DNA of 64,000 nucleotides from an uncultured Candidatus Saccharibacteria bacterium (GTDB taxonomy: Bacteria > Patescibacteriota > Saccharimonadia > CAILAD01 > JADZBC01). Numbering within the stretch: the stretch's first letter is position 1; every line of letters starts with the position of its first letter. Made by a program: the position numbers and the translations under genes. The notes under the pieces were generated by a model that worked only from the letters and a program-made list of their open reading frames with translations, ran no database searches and was not told where the DNA came from. The stretch is from NCBI GenBank assembly GCA_964600985.1, contig CAZRJR010000001.1:335431-399430 (forward strand), read 5' to 3'. Shown here piece by piece: positions 1 through 8,274 of this stretch.

Positions 1-34
1 GCGGTCGAATTGCCGGCGGACACCGAACGCGAAC

Positions 35-63
35 ATTGTAGCATAAGCTTTGTTATTTGTCAA
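35..63 (-). promoter_or_regulatory. sigma70-type promoter for a transcript leaving the window leftwards
   Basis: Minus strand reads TTGACA(63-58)-17 bp-TACAAT(40-35). AGCATAAG lies at 40-47. Confidence 0.75.
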
Positions 64-79
64 TAGCTTACCGCATTGA

Positions 80-108
80 TTGACATGCCGCGCTCAAAGG
101 CGTATTAT
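80..108 (+). promoter_or_regulatory. sigma70-type promoter
   Basis: TTGACA(80-85)-17 bp-TATTAT(103-108), divergent from the 35-63 promoter. Confidence 0.75.
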
Positions 109-165
109 TCCTCCAATTCTGATATATCCATCAACCGACAGCGTGCGTGAATAACAGGAGGAACC

Positions 166-315
166 TTGGAAGACGTAGAACAGTGGATGAAGCGGCGACG
201 CGCCCGGCGCATGAGAACCGCCCTAACAGTCGTCGCAGTGGCGGTCGTGATGATGGGGCTGGCGCTCATGCTGGGTACTGCCGGCTTCACCCTCGATCCT
301 TTGTCGAGCCCATGA
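166..315 (+). CDS. small single-TM membrane protein, 49 aa (not in ORF track)
   Basis: AGGAGG at 156-161, TTG start at 166. Reads MEDVEQWMKRRRARRMRTALTVVAVAVVMMGLALMLGTAGFTLDPLSSP* (basic patch, then hydrophobic helix). The stop overlaps the next ATG (ATGA 312-315). Confidence 0.65.
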   Translation: MEDVEQWMKRRRARRMRTALTVVAVAVVMMGLALMLGTAGFTLDPLSSP

Positions 316-599
316 ACCGCGAGGACGCTGCCGAGGACAGCAACAACGATCCCTACCCCATGGTGGCCGTGGCTATCATGTCTGTGGTGGTCATTCTCGG
401 CGTAGCCACCTGGCTGCGCGATCCAATCCAGCATCTCCCCTATTGGGCCCTCTTCGCGCTCAAGGGTGCTGGTTGTGTGGCCGTGTTGACGATCTTTCTG
501 GCGGTGATCACGGTGATCATCACCAGTGACACTCCGATCTATCCCGGCACTAGCAGCACAGAGCCCGACGACAGCGAGGACGACCCAGTCCTTCCGTAG
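312..599 (+). CDS. two-TM membrane protein with acidic termini, 95 aa (GC-rich)
   Basis: Same frame as ORF 147..599. The ATG at 312 is coupled to the upstream stop. Two hydrophobic segments; GC3-rich codons. Confidence 0.65.
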   Translation: MNREDAAEDSNNDPYPMVAVAIMSVVVILGVATWLRDPIQHLPYWALFALKGAGCVAVLTIFLAVITVIITSDTPIYPGTSSTEPDDSEDDPVLP

Positions 600-610
600 T
601 CAACCCAACT

Positions 611-664
611 GCCCTCGCGGGCGCCCCACCACTAAGGGGCCTCTGCGGGGGCTCCTTACTTTTA
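611..664 (+). terminator. GC-rich interrupted hairpin plus T-tract
   Basis: gccctcgc..gcccc-accactaa-ggggc..gcgggggc followed by tccttactttt. Confidence 0.55.
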
Positions 665-686
665 CCCGTAAATCTTTTACAAATAA

Positions 687-714
687 CAAACGCACCTCCC
701 GAGAGGTGCGTTTG
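687..714 (-). terminator. intrinsic terminator of the 744-1172 gene
   Basis: Perfect stem caaacgcacctc-ccga-gaggtgcgtttg, with a T-rich run on the minus strand. Confidence 0.7.
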
Positions 715-743
715 CATTCCTCAAGAGGTGCTCTTGGTGCTAC

Positions 744-1172
744 CTACGTGCCCAGCAAAGCCGCTGCCGAGGTCTTGGAGGCGCCGAACAGGTAGAACTC
801 GGTATCCCGCATCAACAGATCCAGTGCTTCGCCAAGAGTTGCTAGCAAGCTGGCGTCGCTCACAGCAGGGTTGGACAACGTGGCCACCACCGAACCACTC
901 AGTTCACCGCGGCTGAGCCCAAGGAGCGCTTGACGAAGCTCCTCTCGCTCCTCCAGACGGTAGCTCCGCACGATCTGCATGGCAGCCCGCTTGGGCAGAA
1001 GCCTCTCTGCCTGGGTGGCCATGTATGCCTCGACCAAAGGCACAAGTACCGCGGATGGATACTCCTTGTTTGTAGAGAAACGCGAAGGTGCGGTCAGTTC
1101 CCTCCTTTCCACCACATAGCGCTGGAGCTTCTCCCCCGCGCCTGGCTTGCCGGCACACTTGCCAGCCTTCAA
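744..1172 (-). CDS. hypothetical protein (GC-rich); true start uncertain
   Basis: 142-aa ORF between its own promoter (1274-1302) and terminator (687-714). Confidence 0.55.
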   Translation of the reverse strand: MKAGKCAGKPGAGEKLQRYVVERRELTAPSRFSTNKEYPSAVLVPLVEAYMATQAERLLPKRAAMQIVRSYRLEEREELRQALLGLSRGELSGSVVATLSNPAVSDASLLATLGEALDLLMRDTEFYLFGASKTSAAALLGT

Positions 1173-1273
1173 CCAGAGACCAAGCAGGTCCCAGCTGATA
1201 CTTGCGCAGATACTTCCGTAGTTGTTGTCACATCGTTCCTTTCAAAGCTATGGGTAGCGAAACAACTGGCGAT

Positions 1274-1302
1274 ATTATGCCTTAAGTTACTCTTTGATTC
1301 AA
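1274..1302 (-). promoter_or_regulatory. sigma70-type promoter
   Basis: Minus strand reads TTGAAT-17 bp-CATAAT, with CTTATGC abutting the -35. Confidence 0.6.
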
Positions 1303-1313
1303 GCATAAGACTA

Positions 1314-1342
1314 TTGACAAATAGTAAAGCTTATGCTATTAT
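1314..1342 (+). promoter_or_regulatory. sigma70-type promoter
   Basis: TTGACA(1314-1319)-17 bp-TATTAT(1337-1342). Inverted copies AGCATAAG (1302-1309) and CTTATGCT (1330-1337). Confidence 0.75.
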
Positions 1343-1375
1343 GTCTCTCGGAACCTCGACAAGAAAGAAGACAAC

Positions 1376-1936
1376 ATGATCAGCGGAGTTTTGGCAATTG
1401 GCACTGTCGGCATCACGTTCTTCCTGATGGCGATTGCTCAGCCCATTCTGGGGAAGGTTCAGGGGTTCAAGCCTCCGAAGCATCTCGTCAGGTTGCCCAA
1501 CGAGATGCTTTTCCGAGTCCTCGCCGCACTCAGCATGGCGGTGATGCCGTTCCTCCAGCCCAACCAGGTTCCTACGCCCATCTTCGCGATCGGCGCCGGC
1601 ATCATGCTGGGGAGCTTGGCGCTGATGTTCTGGGCCCAGTTTACCCTCGGGAAGAACTGGATCCCAGGCGCCGGCATCCACCACAACCACAAGCTGGTTA
1701 CGAATGGACCTTACTCGAAGGTCCGGCACCCGCTCTACACGGCAATTGGGATCTTCTGGGTCGGCGCAGTCGTCGCAACCCTGAACATCGCAGTGCTGGT
1801 CGCAGGTGTGTTCATGTGGCTCTCGCTGGCCATCCGGGCTCCGTTCGAGGAGTCCCTGATGCGCCAGAAGTTCAAGAAGCGCTGGGAGAAGTACGAGGCT
1901 TCTACGGCCATGTTCTTCCCCCGCTTCCACGACTGA
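1376..1936 (+). CDS. isoprenylcysteine carboxyl methyltransferase (ICMT/PEMT) family membrane protein
   Basis: Multi-TM; HKLVTNGPYSKVRHPLY motif and EE..M...F...W..Y C-terminus. GC3-rich. Confidence 0.85.
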   Translation: MISGVLAIGTVGITFFLMAIAQPILGKVQGFKPPKHLVRLPNEMLFRVLAALSMAVMPFLQPNQVPTPIFAIGAGIMLGSLALMFWAQFTLGKNWIPGAGIHHNHKLVTNGPYSKVRHPLYTAIGIFWVGAVVATLNIAVLVAGVFMWLSLAIRAPFEESLMRQKFKKRWEKYEASTAMFFPRFHD

Positions 1937-1946
1937 GGCAACCCAC

Positions 1947-2011
1947 AACCCCGCGGCACCGGGACTCTCCGACCCAAGAGAGCTCCGCGTGCCAGCGGGG
2001 TTTCTCTATTT
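1947..2011 (+). terminator. long interrupted hairpin plus T-tract
   Basis: aaccccgc-ggcac-cggga-ctctc...gagag-ctccgc-gtgcc-agcggggtt, then tctctattt. Confidence 0.6.
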
Positions 2012-2064
2012 GAGCAAATAGTAGTGCGACCACAAACCCAAGCCAATTGTGTATAATAGCCCTT

Positions 2065-3213
2065 ATGAAGCACAAGCAAAGCTCTAGGTCGGCAACTCAC
2101 AGCAATAGTAATACTGTGGCTGCAGCCACAGTGGCCCCAGCGCCGGTCGCGAACAAAAAAGGTCCGCTCGCTTGGATTAAGCGCAACTGGTGGATTATTC
2201 CGATAGCTGTTGTGAGCCTCTCCCTTCTCGTGGCTGGCGGATTAGTGACTAAATCCAAGCTATCACCACAAATCGTAACCTGCCCCAAATCTACCGAGGA
2301 TTTTAAGTGTTGGCAAAAGCACTTTCAACAGCTGATTGCTGCCAAATCGCCCGAAGCGGCGTTCAAGGAGGCCAAGGCCGTCTATGACACGAGCTCGATC
2401 GTAAAGAATAATTGCCACCAGATCTCGCACGTGATTGGCCGAGCCAGCGCGCTCAAGTACAAGACCATTGTAGAGGCCTTTAATCACGGTGATAACTTCT
2501 GTTGGTCTGGCTACTACCACGGCGTTATGGAGGCTACTGCCAAGCGCCTAGGAGGGGCCAAAGTAATTGCCACTGCCCCAACCATTTGCAATGAATCTAA
2601 GGGCAATAAGCCGTATAGCTTTTATCACTACAACTGCGTGCATGGCCTAGGTCACGGCATTATGGGGATCGAAGACAATGAACTCTTTGACTCCCTCACC
2701 GTCTGCGATCGATTCCTCGACAACTGGGAGCAATCCTCGTGTTACGGCGGGGTATTTATGGAGAACATCATGAGCGCCTCTAATCCAGATCACCGCACAA
2801 ATTACATCAAGCCCGACCAGCCACTCTACCCGTGCACGGCGGTGGACGAAAAGTACAAGCAGCAATGCTACCTTATGCAAACTTCACAGGCCCTGGTAAC
2901 TGAGAATCAAGATTTTGACAAGGTATTTGCGCTGTGCGACGGCGTAGAAAGCCCGCACAACCTTACCTGCTACCAAAGCCTAGGGCGCGACGCCAGCGGA
3001 CATACTATTAGTAGTGTGGAAGGCACCGCTGCGCTCTGCAATAAAGGCACAAGCCAAGTGGCGCGCTCCAACTGCTTTGTAGGCGCAGTCAAAGACTTTA
3101 TTGGCTATTTTCACAAGCTCGATCCTGGCTTGCAGCTCTGCAGCGCCATTACCGAAGCCGACACTAAGAATGAGTGCATCACTACTGCCAATATGTATAT
3201 TCAGTCGTTTTAG
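2065..3213 (+). CDS. membrane-anchored exported Cys/His-rich repeat protein
   Basis: N-terminal TM. Repeated motifs CHQISHVIG, CWSGYYHG, CVHGLGHG, CYGGVFME. Leaderless start: TATAAT(2052-2057)+7 nt+ATG. Confidence 0.75.
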   Translation: MKHKQSSRSATHSNSNTVAAATVAPAPVANKKGPLAWIKRNWWIIPIAVVSLSLLVAGGLVTKSKLSPQIVTCPKSTEDFKCWQKHFQQLIAAKSPEAAFKEAKAVYDTSSIVKNNCHQISHVIGRASALKYKTIVEAFNHGDNFCWSGYYHGVMEATAKRLGGAKVIATAPTICNESKGNKPYSFYHYNCVHGLGHGIMGIEDNELFDSLTVCDRFLDNWEQSSCYGGVFMENIMSASNPDHRTNYIKPDQPLYPCTAVDEKYKQQCYLMQTSQALVTENQDFDKVFALCDGVESPHNLTCYQSLGRDASGHTISSVEGTAALCNKGTSQVARSNCFVGAVKDFIGYFHKLDPGLQLCSAITEADTKNECITTANMYIQSF

Positions 3214-3216
3214 CTC

Positions 3217-3582
3217 ATGAAGAACTCTACCAAAATTATAATTGTAGTACTAAGCCTTATCGCCGCTGGCATGCTTATTGGCGGTGGGCTGTGGTTGGCT
3301 GGCAGTAGCTCTGGAAGCACCTATGTGCCCGAGCAGGACGGTGCAAAGAGTATAAGCACGAGCGAGCTCACTGCTGCCGATGGCAAATCCGGCCATGCTT
3401 GCTGGGTGGCGATCGATGGCGCAGTGTATGAAATTAGCCAGGGTATACTGTGGGTCGACGGTGTACATAAATCTTCCGACAATCTCGCCTACTGCGGAGC
3501 TGATTTGAGTAAGGTAATTGACCAAGCACCCCATGGTCGCAAAAAGCTCGAGCAGCTCAAGGTTATTGGCAAACTACAGTAA
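3217..3582 (+). CDS. cytochrome b5-like heme/steroid-binding domain protein
   Basis: TM followed by EL..ADGK.G..CWVAIDGAVYEI...H....G.DLS......PHG, typical of the Cyt-b5 fold. Confidence 0.8.
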   Translation: MKNSTKIIIVVLSLIAAGMLIGGGLWLAGSSSGSTYVPEQDGAKSISTSELTAADGKSGHACWVAIDGAVYEISQGILWVDGVHKSSDNLAYCGADLSKVIDQAPHGRKKLEQLKVIGKLQ

Positions 3583-3612
3583 TAGCCGTCATTCTTCCTA
3601 CAAATGCAACGC

Positions 3613-3643
3613 AAAAGGCCCTCGGTAATTAGTACCAAGGGCC
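3613..3643 (-). terminator. intrinsic terminator
   Basis: Stem ggccctcggta/taccaagggcc with a T-run on the minus strand; lies between convergent genes. Confidence 0.6.
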
Positions 3644-3692
3644 CATGGGCCGGTAGGTCCTGTTTCAGCCTACCGCACCCGCCTCTTTGTTA

Positions 3693-4049
3693 CTACAGGT
3701 ATTGGCCCGGATCGGGCTGCACCTGCTGCTTCACCGTCTCGAGCAGTCCACTGACCACTTCGTCCATGAAGCCGGCGCTGCTGACCCCCGTGGGCGTGAA
3801 GATCCGACGGATCTCATCGGCCAGCTCGGTGAAGCCACCAACGTTGTGGTACGTGGCATCAGTCCAGGCGAGATCCGCCAGGGCCACACCCTTGTCGCCA
3901 ACGTAGATGGACTGACCGTAGTTCTCGCTACGGAACACCTCCTTGGGCAGAGCCAGCGGCTTGGTCTCATCCAGCACGTAGATGATGATGGCCGGCACCT
4001 GATCCCCCACCTTGGGGTACCTGAACTCAATCTGGAACACTGGTTCCAT
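3693..4049 (-). CDS. hypothetical protein, 118 aa (GC-rich)
   Basis: GAAAGGAG RBS before ATG; GC3-rich codons; own promoter and terminator. Confidence 0.7.
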   Translation of the reverse strand: MEPVFQIEFRYPKVGDQVPAIIIYVLDETKPLALPKEVFRSENYGQSIYVGDKGVALADLAWTDATYHNVGGFTELADEIRRIFTPTGVSSAGFMDEVVSGLLETVKQQVQPDPGQYL

Positions 4050-4092
4050 TACACGCTCCTTTCAAAGCGTTTGAACTACAAAGAGTTACAAC

Positions 4093-4121
4093 ATAATACC
4101 ACTGCAAGCTTATGCTGTCAA
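4093..4121 (-). promoter_or_regulatory. sigma70-type promoter
   Basis: Minus strand reads TTGACA-17 bp-TATTAT. CTTATGCT at 4109-4116 and 4124-4131. Confidence 0.75.
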
Positions 4122-4124
4122 TAC

Positions 4125-4547
4125 TTATGCTACATCAGTAATCGGGATTGGGAAGCTACGGACAAAGGTCAATAACTGCTTTGGGTTCTTATGTAGGTCC
4201 ACTTCTATCCAGTTTCCTAACATACCATATTTAATCAGTTCCGCACGCTCGTCCGGGAACAAATCATCGTCAAACCATAGGAATGGCTTGCTTAGGTCTA
4301 TCGCTTCGGTCTTTGCCGTGTGCCAATTGGTTGGCTGGGCATGCTTGGCCAGCAGCTCAATCGTCGCGGGGTTCATGTTGGTTTGCGCAAGTCGTCGAAT
4401 GGCCGGGGCACTGTCTCCCCTACACCAAGTAGTCAGCCAATACACCTCCCCACGCTCCAGGCACTTAGCCACAAACTCATCCACGTGTGGCGCAACAAAC
4501 TTGTCATTAGCTAGTAACACCCCATCGATGTCGAGATAGACGTTCAC
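4125..4547 (-). CDS. HAD-superfamily phosphatase (capless; resembles 'Swiss Army Knife' RNA-repair HAD domains)
   Basis: YLDIDGVL motif I, WLTTW motif II, K, WFDDD motif IV. Confidence 0.75.
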   Translation of the reverse strand: MNVYLDIDGVLLANDKFVAPHVDEFVAKCLERGEVYWLTTWCRGDSAPAIRRLAQTNMNPATIELLAKHAQPTNWHTAKTEAIDLSKPFLWFDDDLFPDERAELIKYGMLGNWIEVDLHKNPKQLLTFVRSFPIPITDVA

Positions 4548-4555
4548 TTTAAATA

Positions 4556-7549
4556 TTATGATGGTGTATTCTTATTTGTATTCGTGTACATTTCTTCAAA
4601 AATTCTTTCAGCGATTGTATCTTTCAGGGTGCTGTCCTCATCCAGCTTCTTATAGAATTCGGCTCGCTCCTTAAACATTTTCATAAGTTCATCTTGCATT
4701 ACAGAATTGAAGTGCTCGCGTGCTGCGCCCTTCGGGTTGTTGGCGATTGCTTTCTTGATATCATCTCGGTCGCGTATTCGTGAAATCAATAACATACCGT
4801 CTTCTTCCATGCCTTCTGGCAAGCCAAACTGTTCATTGATACTTTTTACAATCAAAGACAGGCGTTCCATTTCGTCTAGCGGCTTGCCGCTACGTGAATT
4901 GCTAGACATCGGGTCAAGCTCCGATTCCTCGTCTACCAAGCCAATAGCGGCCTTCTTGCCCTTAGAAATGGCGATAGAACTCAAATCTATGTAATCAAGC
5001 ATTTCGGTTGGCAGCGGATCCTTTTCTTTTGGCAGTTTCTTAGCCAAGTTGCGGATGTATTCGTAGAACTGCTCAAGTCCGGCATCGCCAAAATCAAACA
5101 GCTGCGCTATGAAGGCGTACTTGCGCGCAAAATCTACAGCCTTGTCACGGAATGCGGCCTTGTCATCGTCATCCAGGTCGTTCCAGCGTTGCACGGCTTC
5201 ATCCAGCAGGCCGGCGACAACCGCTTGGTTGTTTTGGTCGCCAGAAATCAGCAGCTGGTAATGTTGGCGGACTTGTTCCTCGCCAAATACGCTGGCGCTC
5301 AAAATGTCGCGCTTCAAATCGTACAAGATGTTCGGGTCGGTCGATTCGGACAAGATTGTGCTGGTGTAGTAAGGCTGGAAGTCTTTTTGGATGCTTTCGG
5401 CGTCATTCACAAAATCAAGCACAAATACGTTATCTTTGGCCTTGCCCATTGTGCGGTTTAGGCGACTGAGCGTCTGTACGGTTGCTACGCCGCCCAGTTT
5501 TTTATCGACATACATCACGGCCAGTTTTGGTTGATCAAAGCCAGTCTGGTATTTGTTAGCCACGATCAAGAATTTGTAGTCATCGCTATCGAACTTTTCG
5601 ACCGTTTCGGTTTCACTGAAGCCATTGAGGCCAGCTTCGGTATATTCTAGGCCGCCACGACTTGCATCGACAACCGTGCCAGAGAAGGCTACGATTGCTT
5701 TTTCCGGGTAGCCTTGCTTGGCCAAATAGTCGCGCACTGCTAGATAATAGCGCACGGCGTGTAGGCGAGATTTGGTTACTATCATGGCCTTTGCTTTGCC
5801 GTCTATCAGGCGCTCAATTTGAGAGCGGAAGTGCTCAACCATTAGCTCGGCCTTCTTTTCGATACCATGTTCGTGAAGGTCGGCGTAACCTATAGCCAGG
5901 CGGTAGGCCTTCTTCTTTTCAAACTCAGGGTCAAGCTCGGCCGCTTTTTGGGCGAGTTCAAAATACATTTTGTGCGTAGTGTAGTTTTTGAGAACGTCTA
6001 GGATGAAGCCTTCTTCAACAGCTTGCTTCATGCTGTACAGGCTGAATGGCGAGAAGCGGCCGTCAGCGCCTTTTACGCCAAACAATTCAAGCGTCTTTTC
6101 TTTTGGTGTAGCCGTAAAGGCAAAGAAGCTAACGTGCGGTAGCCGACCGCGTGCGGCCTGCGCGTCTAGCGCAAACTGTTCTTCAGCGTCCGGTGTGGTG
6201 TTGGCTTCGTCTTCCGCTTCAGCGTCTTCCAGTTTGCTCAGGGTTTGTTTCAATGCTTTAGTGCTTTCGCCGCTTTGGCTACTGTGCGCTTCATCGACAA
6301 TAACTGCGAAGGTTTTGCCGGACAGCTTTTCGATATCTTCAACAATAATCGGGAACTTCTGGAGTGTCGATACGATGATTTTGGTTTTGTCTTCCAGTGC
6401 TTCGCGTAGTTCAGCTGAGCTGGTTACGCCGCGCACCACATCGTGCTGCTGTTCAAACTGGCTTACTGTGTCGCGTAGCTGGCGGTCAAGTACCCGGCGG
6501 TCTGTGATTATGATTATCTTGTCAAAGACTTTGCGGTCTTCGGCGTTGTGTAGGTCGCTTAGGTTGTGTGCCGTCCAAGCGATAGAGTTCGACTTGCCGG
6601 AGCCGGCGCTGTGCTGGATGAGATAGTTCTTGCCGGCACCATTTTCGCGCGCATCAGCAATAAGTTTTCGCACCACATCGCGCTGGTGATAGCGAGGGAA
6701 TAGGAGCATTTCTTTTTTGTCGATACGGCCGGTCTTCAGGTCTTTTTTCTTCTCAACTGTGACATGCATGAAGCGGGCGATGATTTCGGCCAGACTATCT
6801 TTGGTGAACACGTCTTCCCATAGATAGTAAGTTGCGAATTTGTTTTCAACGGCCGGGTTGCCAGCACCGTTATTGTCGCCGCGATTGAATGGCAGGAAGT
6901 AGGTTTTTATACCGTCAATCTTGGTAGTCATAAAGGCCAGGTTGTTATCTACGGCAAAGTGAACAAGCGCGCGTTTGAAAGCAAACAGCTTGTCGCTCGG
7001 CTGGCGGTCTGTTTTGTATTGGTGGATTGCGTGCTGCACATTTTGGCCGGTTAGTTGGTTCTTCAACTCAAAAGAAACCACCGGGATTCCGTTGAGTAGC
7101 AGTACCATATCTACCGAGCGTTCATCGCGTGGGCTAAAATACACCTGACGCATCACGCTAAATACGTTGGTTTGGTAAAGTTTCTCAGCATCCGGGTTGA
7201 AGCCACTATTTGGCCGGCGATAGAAGAGGTCGATATGGACACCACGATCAGTAACACCCGAACGCAGCACATCTAGAACACCGATTTGTGAAAGTTCTTG
7301 ATCAAGCCTTCTAGCAAAACTTTCCAGTGCCTGGTCACCATAGATTTCGTGTAGGCGCGCCCACTCATTTGGTTGAGTGGTTTGAATGAAGCGACCTAGC
7401 AGTTCCAAATCGAGCGCAAGTGCGCGGTCATAGTCTTTGTCCTCGACTGGCCGGCCGGCTTCATCTGCACCACGCAAAATATAGCCGTTATGCTCAATAA
7501 GCCAGTTTGTTATGTATTGCTCGAAGTTGGTTTCTTTTAAATCTATCAT
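4556..7549 (-). CDS. hsdR: type I restriction enzyme R subunit
   Basis: N-terminal D..L.LNGIP...ELKN nuclease motif; HSAGSGKS Walker A; DEAH; FTATP; QTLSRLNR. Confidence 0.95.
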   Translation of the reverse strand: MIDLKETNFEQYITNWLIEHNGYILRGADEAGRPVEDKDYDRALALDLELLGRFIQTTQPNEWARLHEIYGDQALESFARRLDQELSQIGVLDVLRSGVTDRGVHIDLFYRRPNSGFNPDAEKLYQTNVFSVMRQVYFSPRDERSVDMVLLLNGIPVVSFELKNQLTGQNVQHAIHQYKTDRQPSDKLFAFKRALVHFAVDNNLAFMTTKIDGIKTYFLPFNRGDNNGAGNPAVENKFATYYLWEDVFTKDSLAEIIARFMHVTVEKKKDLKTGRIDKKEMLLFPRYHQRDVVRKLIADARENGAGKNYLIQHSAGSGKSNSIAWTAHNLSDLHNAEDRKVFDKIIIITDRRVLDRQLRDTVSQFEQQHDVVRGVTSSAELREALEDKTKIIVSTLQKFPIIVEDIEKLSGKTFAVIVDEAHSSQSGESTKALKQTLSKLEDAEAEDEANTTPDAEEQFALDAQAARGRLPHVSFFAFTATPKEKTLELFGVKGADGRFSPFSLYSMKQAVEEGFILDVLKNYTTHKMYFELAQKAAELDPEFEKKKAYRLAIGYADLHEHGIEKKAELMVEHFRSQIERLIDGKAKAMIVTKSRLHAVRYYLAVRDYLAKQGYPEKAIVAFSGTVVDASRGGLEYTEAGLNGFSETETVEKFDSDDYKFLIVANKYQTGFDQPKLAVMYVDKKLGGVATVQTLSRLNRTMGKAKDNVFVLDFVNDAESIQKDFQPYYTSTILSESTDPNILYDLKRDILSASVFGEEQVRQHYQLLISGDQNNQAVVAGLLDEAVQRWNDLDDDDKAAFRDKAVDFARKYAFIAQLFDFGDAGLEQFYEYIRNLAKKLPKEKDPLPTEMLDYIDLSSIAISKGKKAAIGLVDEESELDPMSSNSRSGKPLDEMERLSLIVKSINEQFGLPEGMEEDGMLLISRIRDRDDIKKAIANNPKGAAREHFNSVMQDELMKMFKERAEFYKKLDEDSTLKDTIAERIFEEMYTNTNKNTPS

Positions 7550-8274
7550 GGTAAATCCCTCTCTCCTGATACTAGCTTGTATAAGTTTCTTGCCGCTTCG
7601 TCTTCATCCACTGTATATTCGATGACCTTTGTTACTACAAAAGGTATGATTTCTTTTTCCAACTTAGCAAAGAGGACGTTTATGTAGATGCGCCAATTGC
7701 GGCCGCTACCATCATCTTCGAATACCCGCCACTTTGACATCTTTTCTATTCTGTCGTCTAATGTCGGGACGGGTTGGCCGCGTCTTGGCTGCTTAAACTC
7801 AAAAGTAACAACTTGTTTACCATGCTCTACCGTGCCTAGATGGGCTAAGTAATCTCGAAACCCATTCCAGATGAGTTTTTGTCCTGCAGCATCATTTTTA
7901 TCAACGCCAAGTTCAATGCCATTGTCGAACAAAAGCTTGATAAAGTGTCTGAAGGCATCTGTTTCGCTCACAGTGAAATACACTGAGTCGTGTGGAGTGA
8001 AGCGTTGTGGCTTATCTATGAAGTAGCAAATCTTCGTTAATAGACTCAATGCACTAAATGCGGCCAGAGCAGAAGTTATATTGCCACCACCTAGTTCATT
8101 ATCGATATGTAGATTATTGGCACGTACATAGACAAATGTACGATGATCGGCGCATAGTCCACCAATTCGTTCTTGAATAATCTTGACTACTTCTGATTTA
8201 TAAACACCAATAGCCCCACTGCCATATCCGGCAGCGACAACTCTTTCGGCGATTTCGTATTGGTCTATCATCAA
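7546..8274 (-). CDS. hypothetical protein with a HEPN-like RxxxxH motif
   Basis: Helical protein with FRDYLAH (R-x4-H); overlaps both neighbours by 4 bp. Confidence 0.6.
   Translation of the reverse strand: MMIDQYEIAERVVAAGYGSGAIGVYKSEVVKIIQERIGGLCADHRTFVYVRANNLHIDNELGGGNITSALAAFSALSLLTKICYFIDKPQRFTPHDSVYFTVSETDAFRHFIKLLFDNGIELGVDKNDAAGQKLIWNGFRDYLAHLGTVEHGKQVVTFEFKQPRRGQPVPTLDDRIEKMSKWRVFEDDGSGRNWRIYINVLFAKLEKEIIPFVVTKVIEYTVDEDEAARNLYKLVSGERDLP

Noticed and set aside
147-311. N-terminal extension of ORF 147..599
   Set aside because: No RBS precedes 147. The AGGAGG serves TTG 166 in another frame, and ATG 312 is coupled to that ORF's stop.
1331-2013. Long alternative ORFs 1331..1948(-) and 1333..2013(+)
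   Set aside because: Shadow frames of the GC3-rich ICMT gene; Arg/Pro/His-rich with no motifs.
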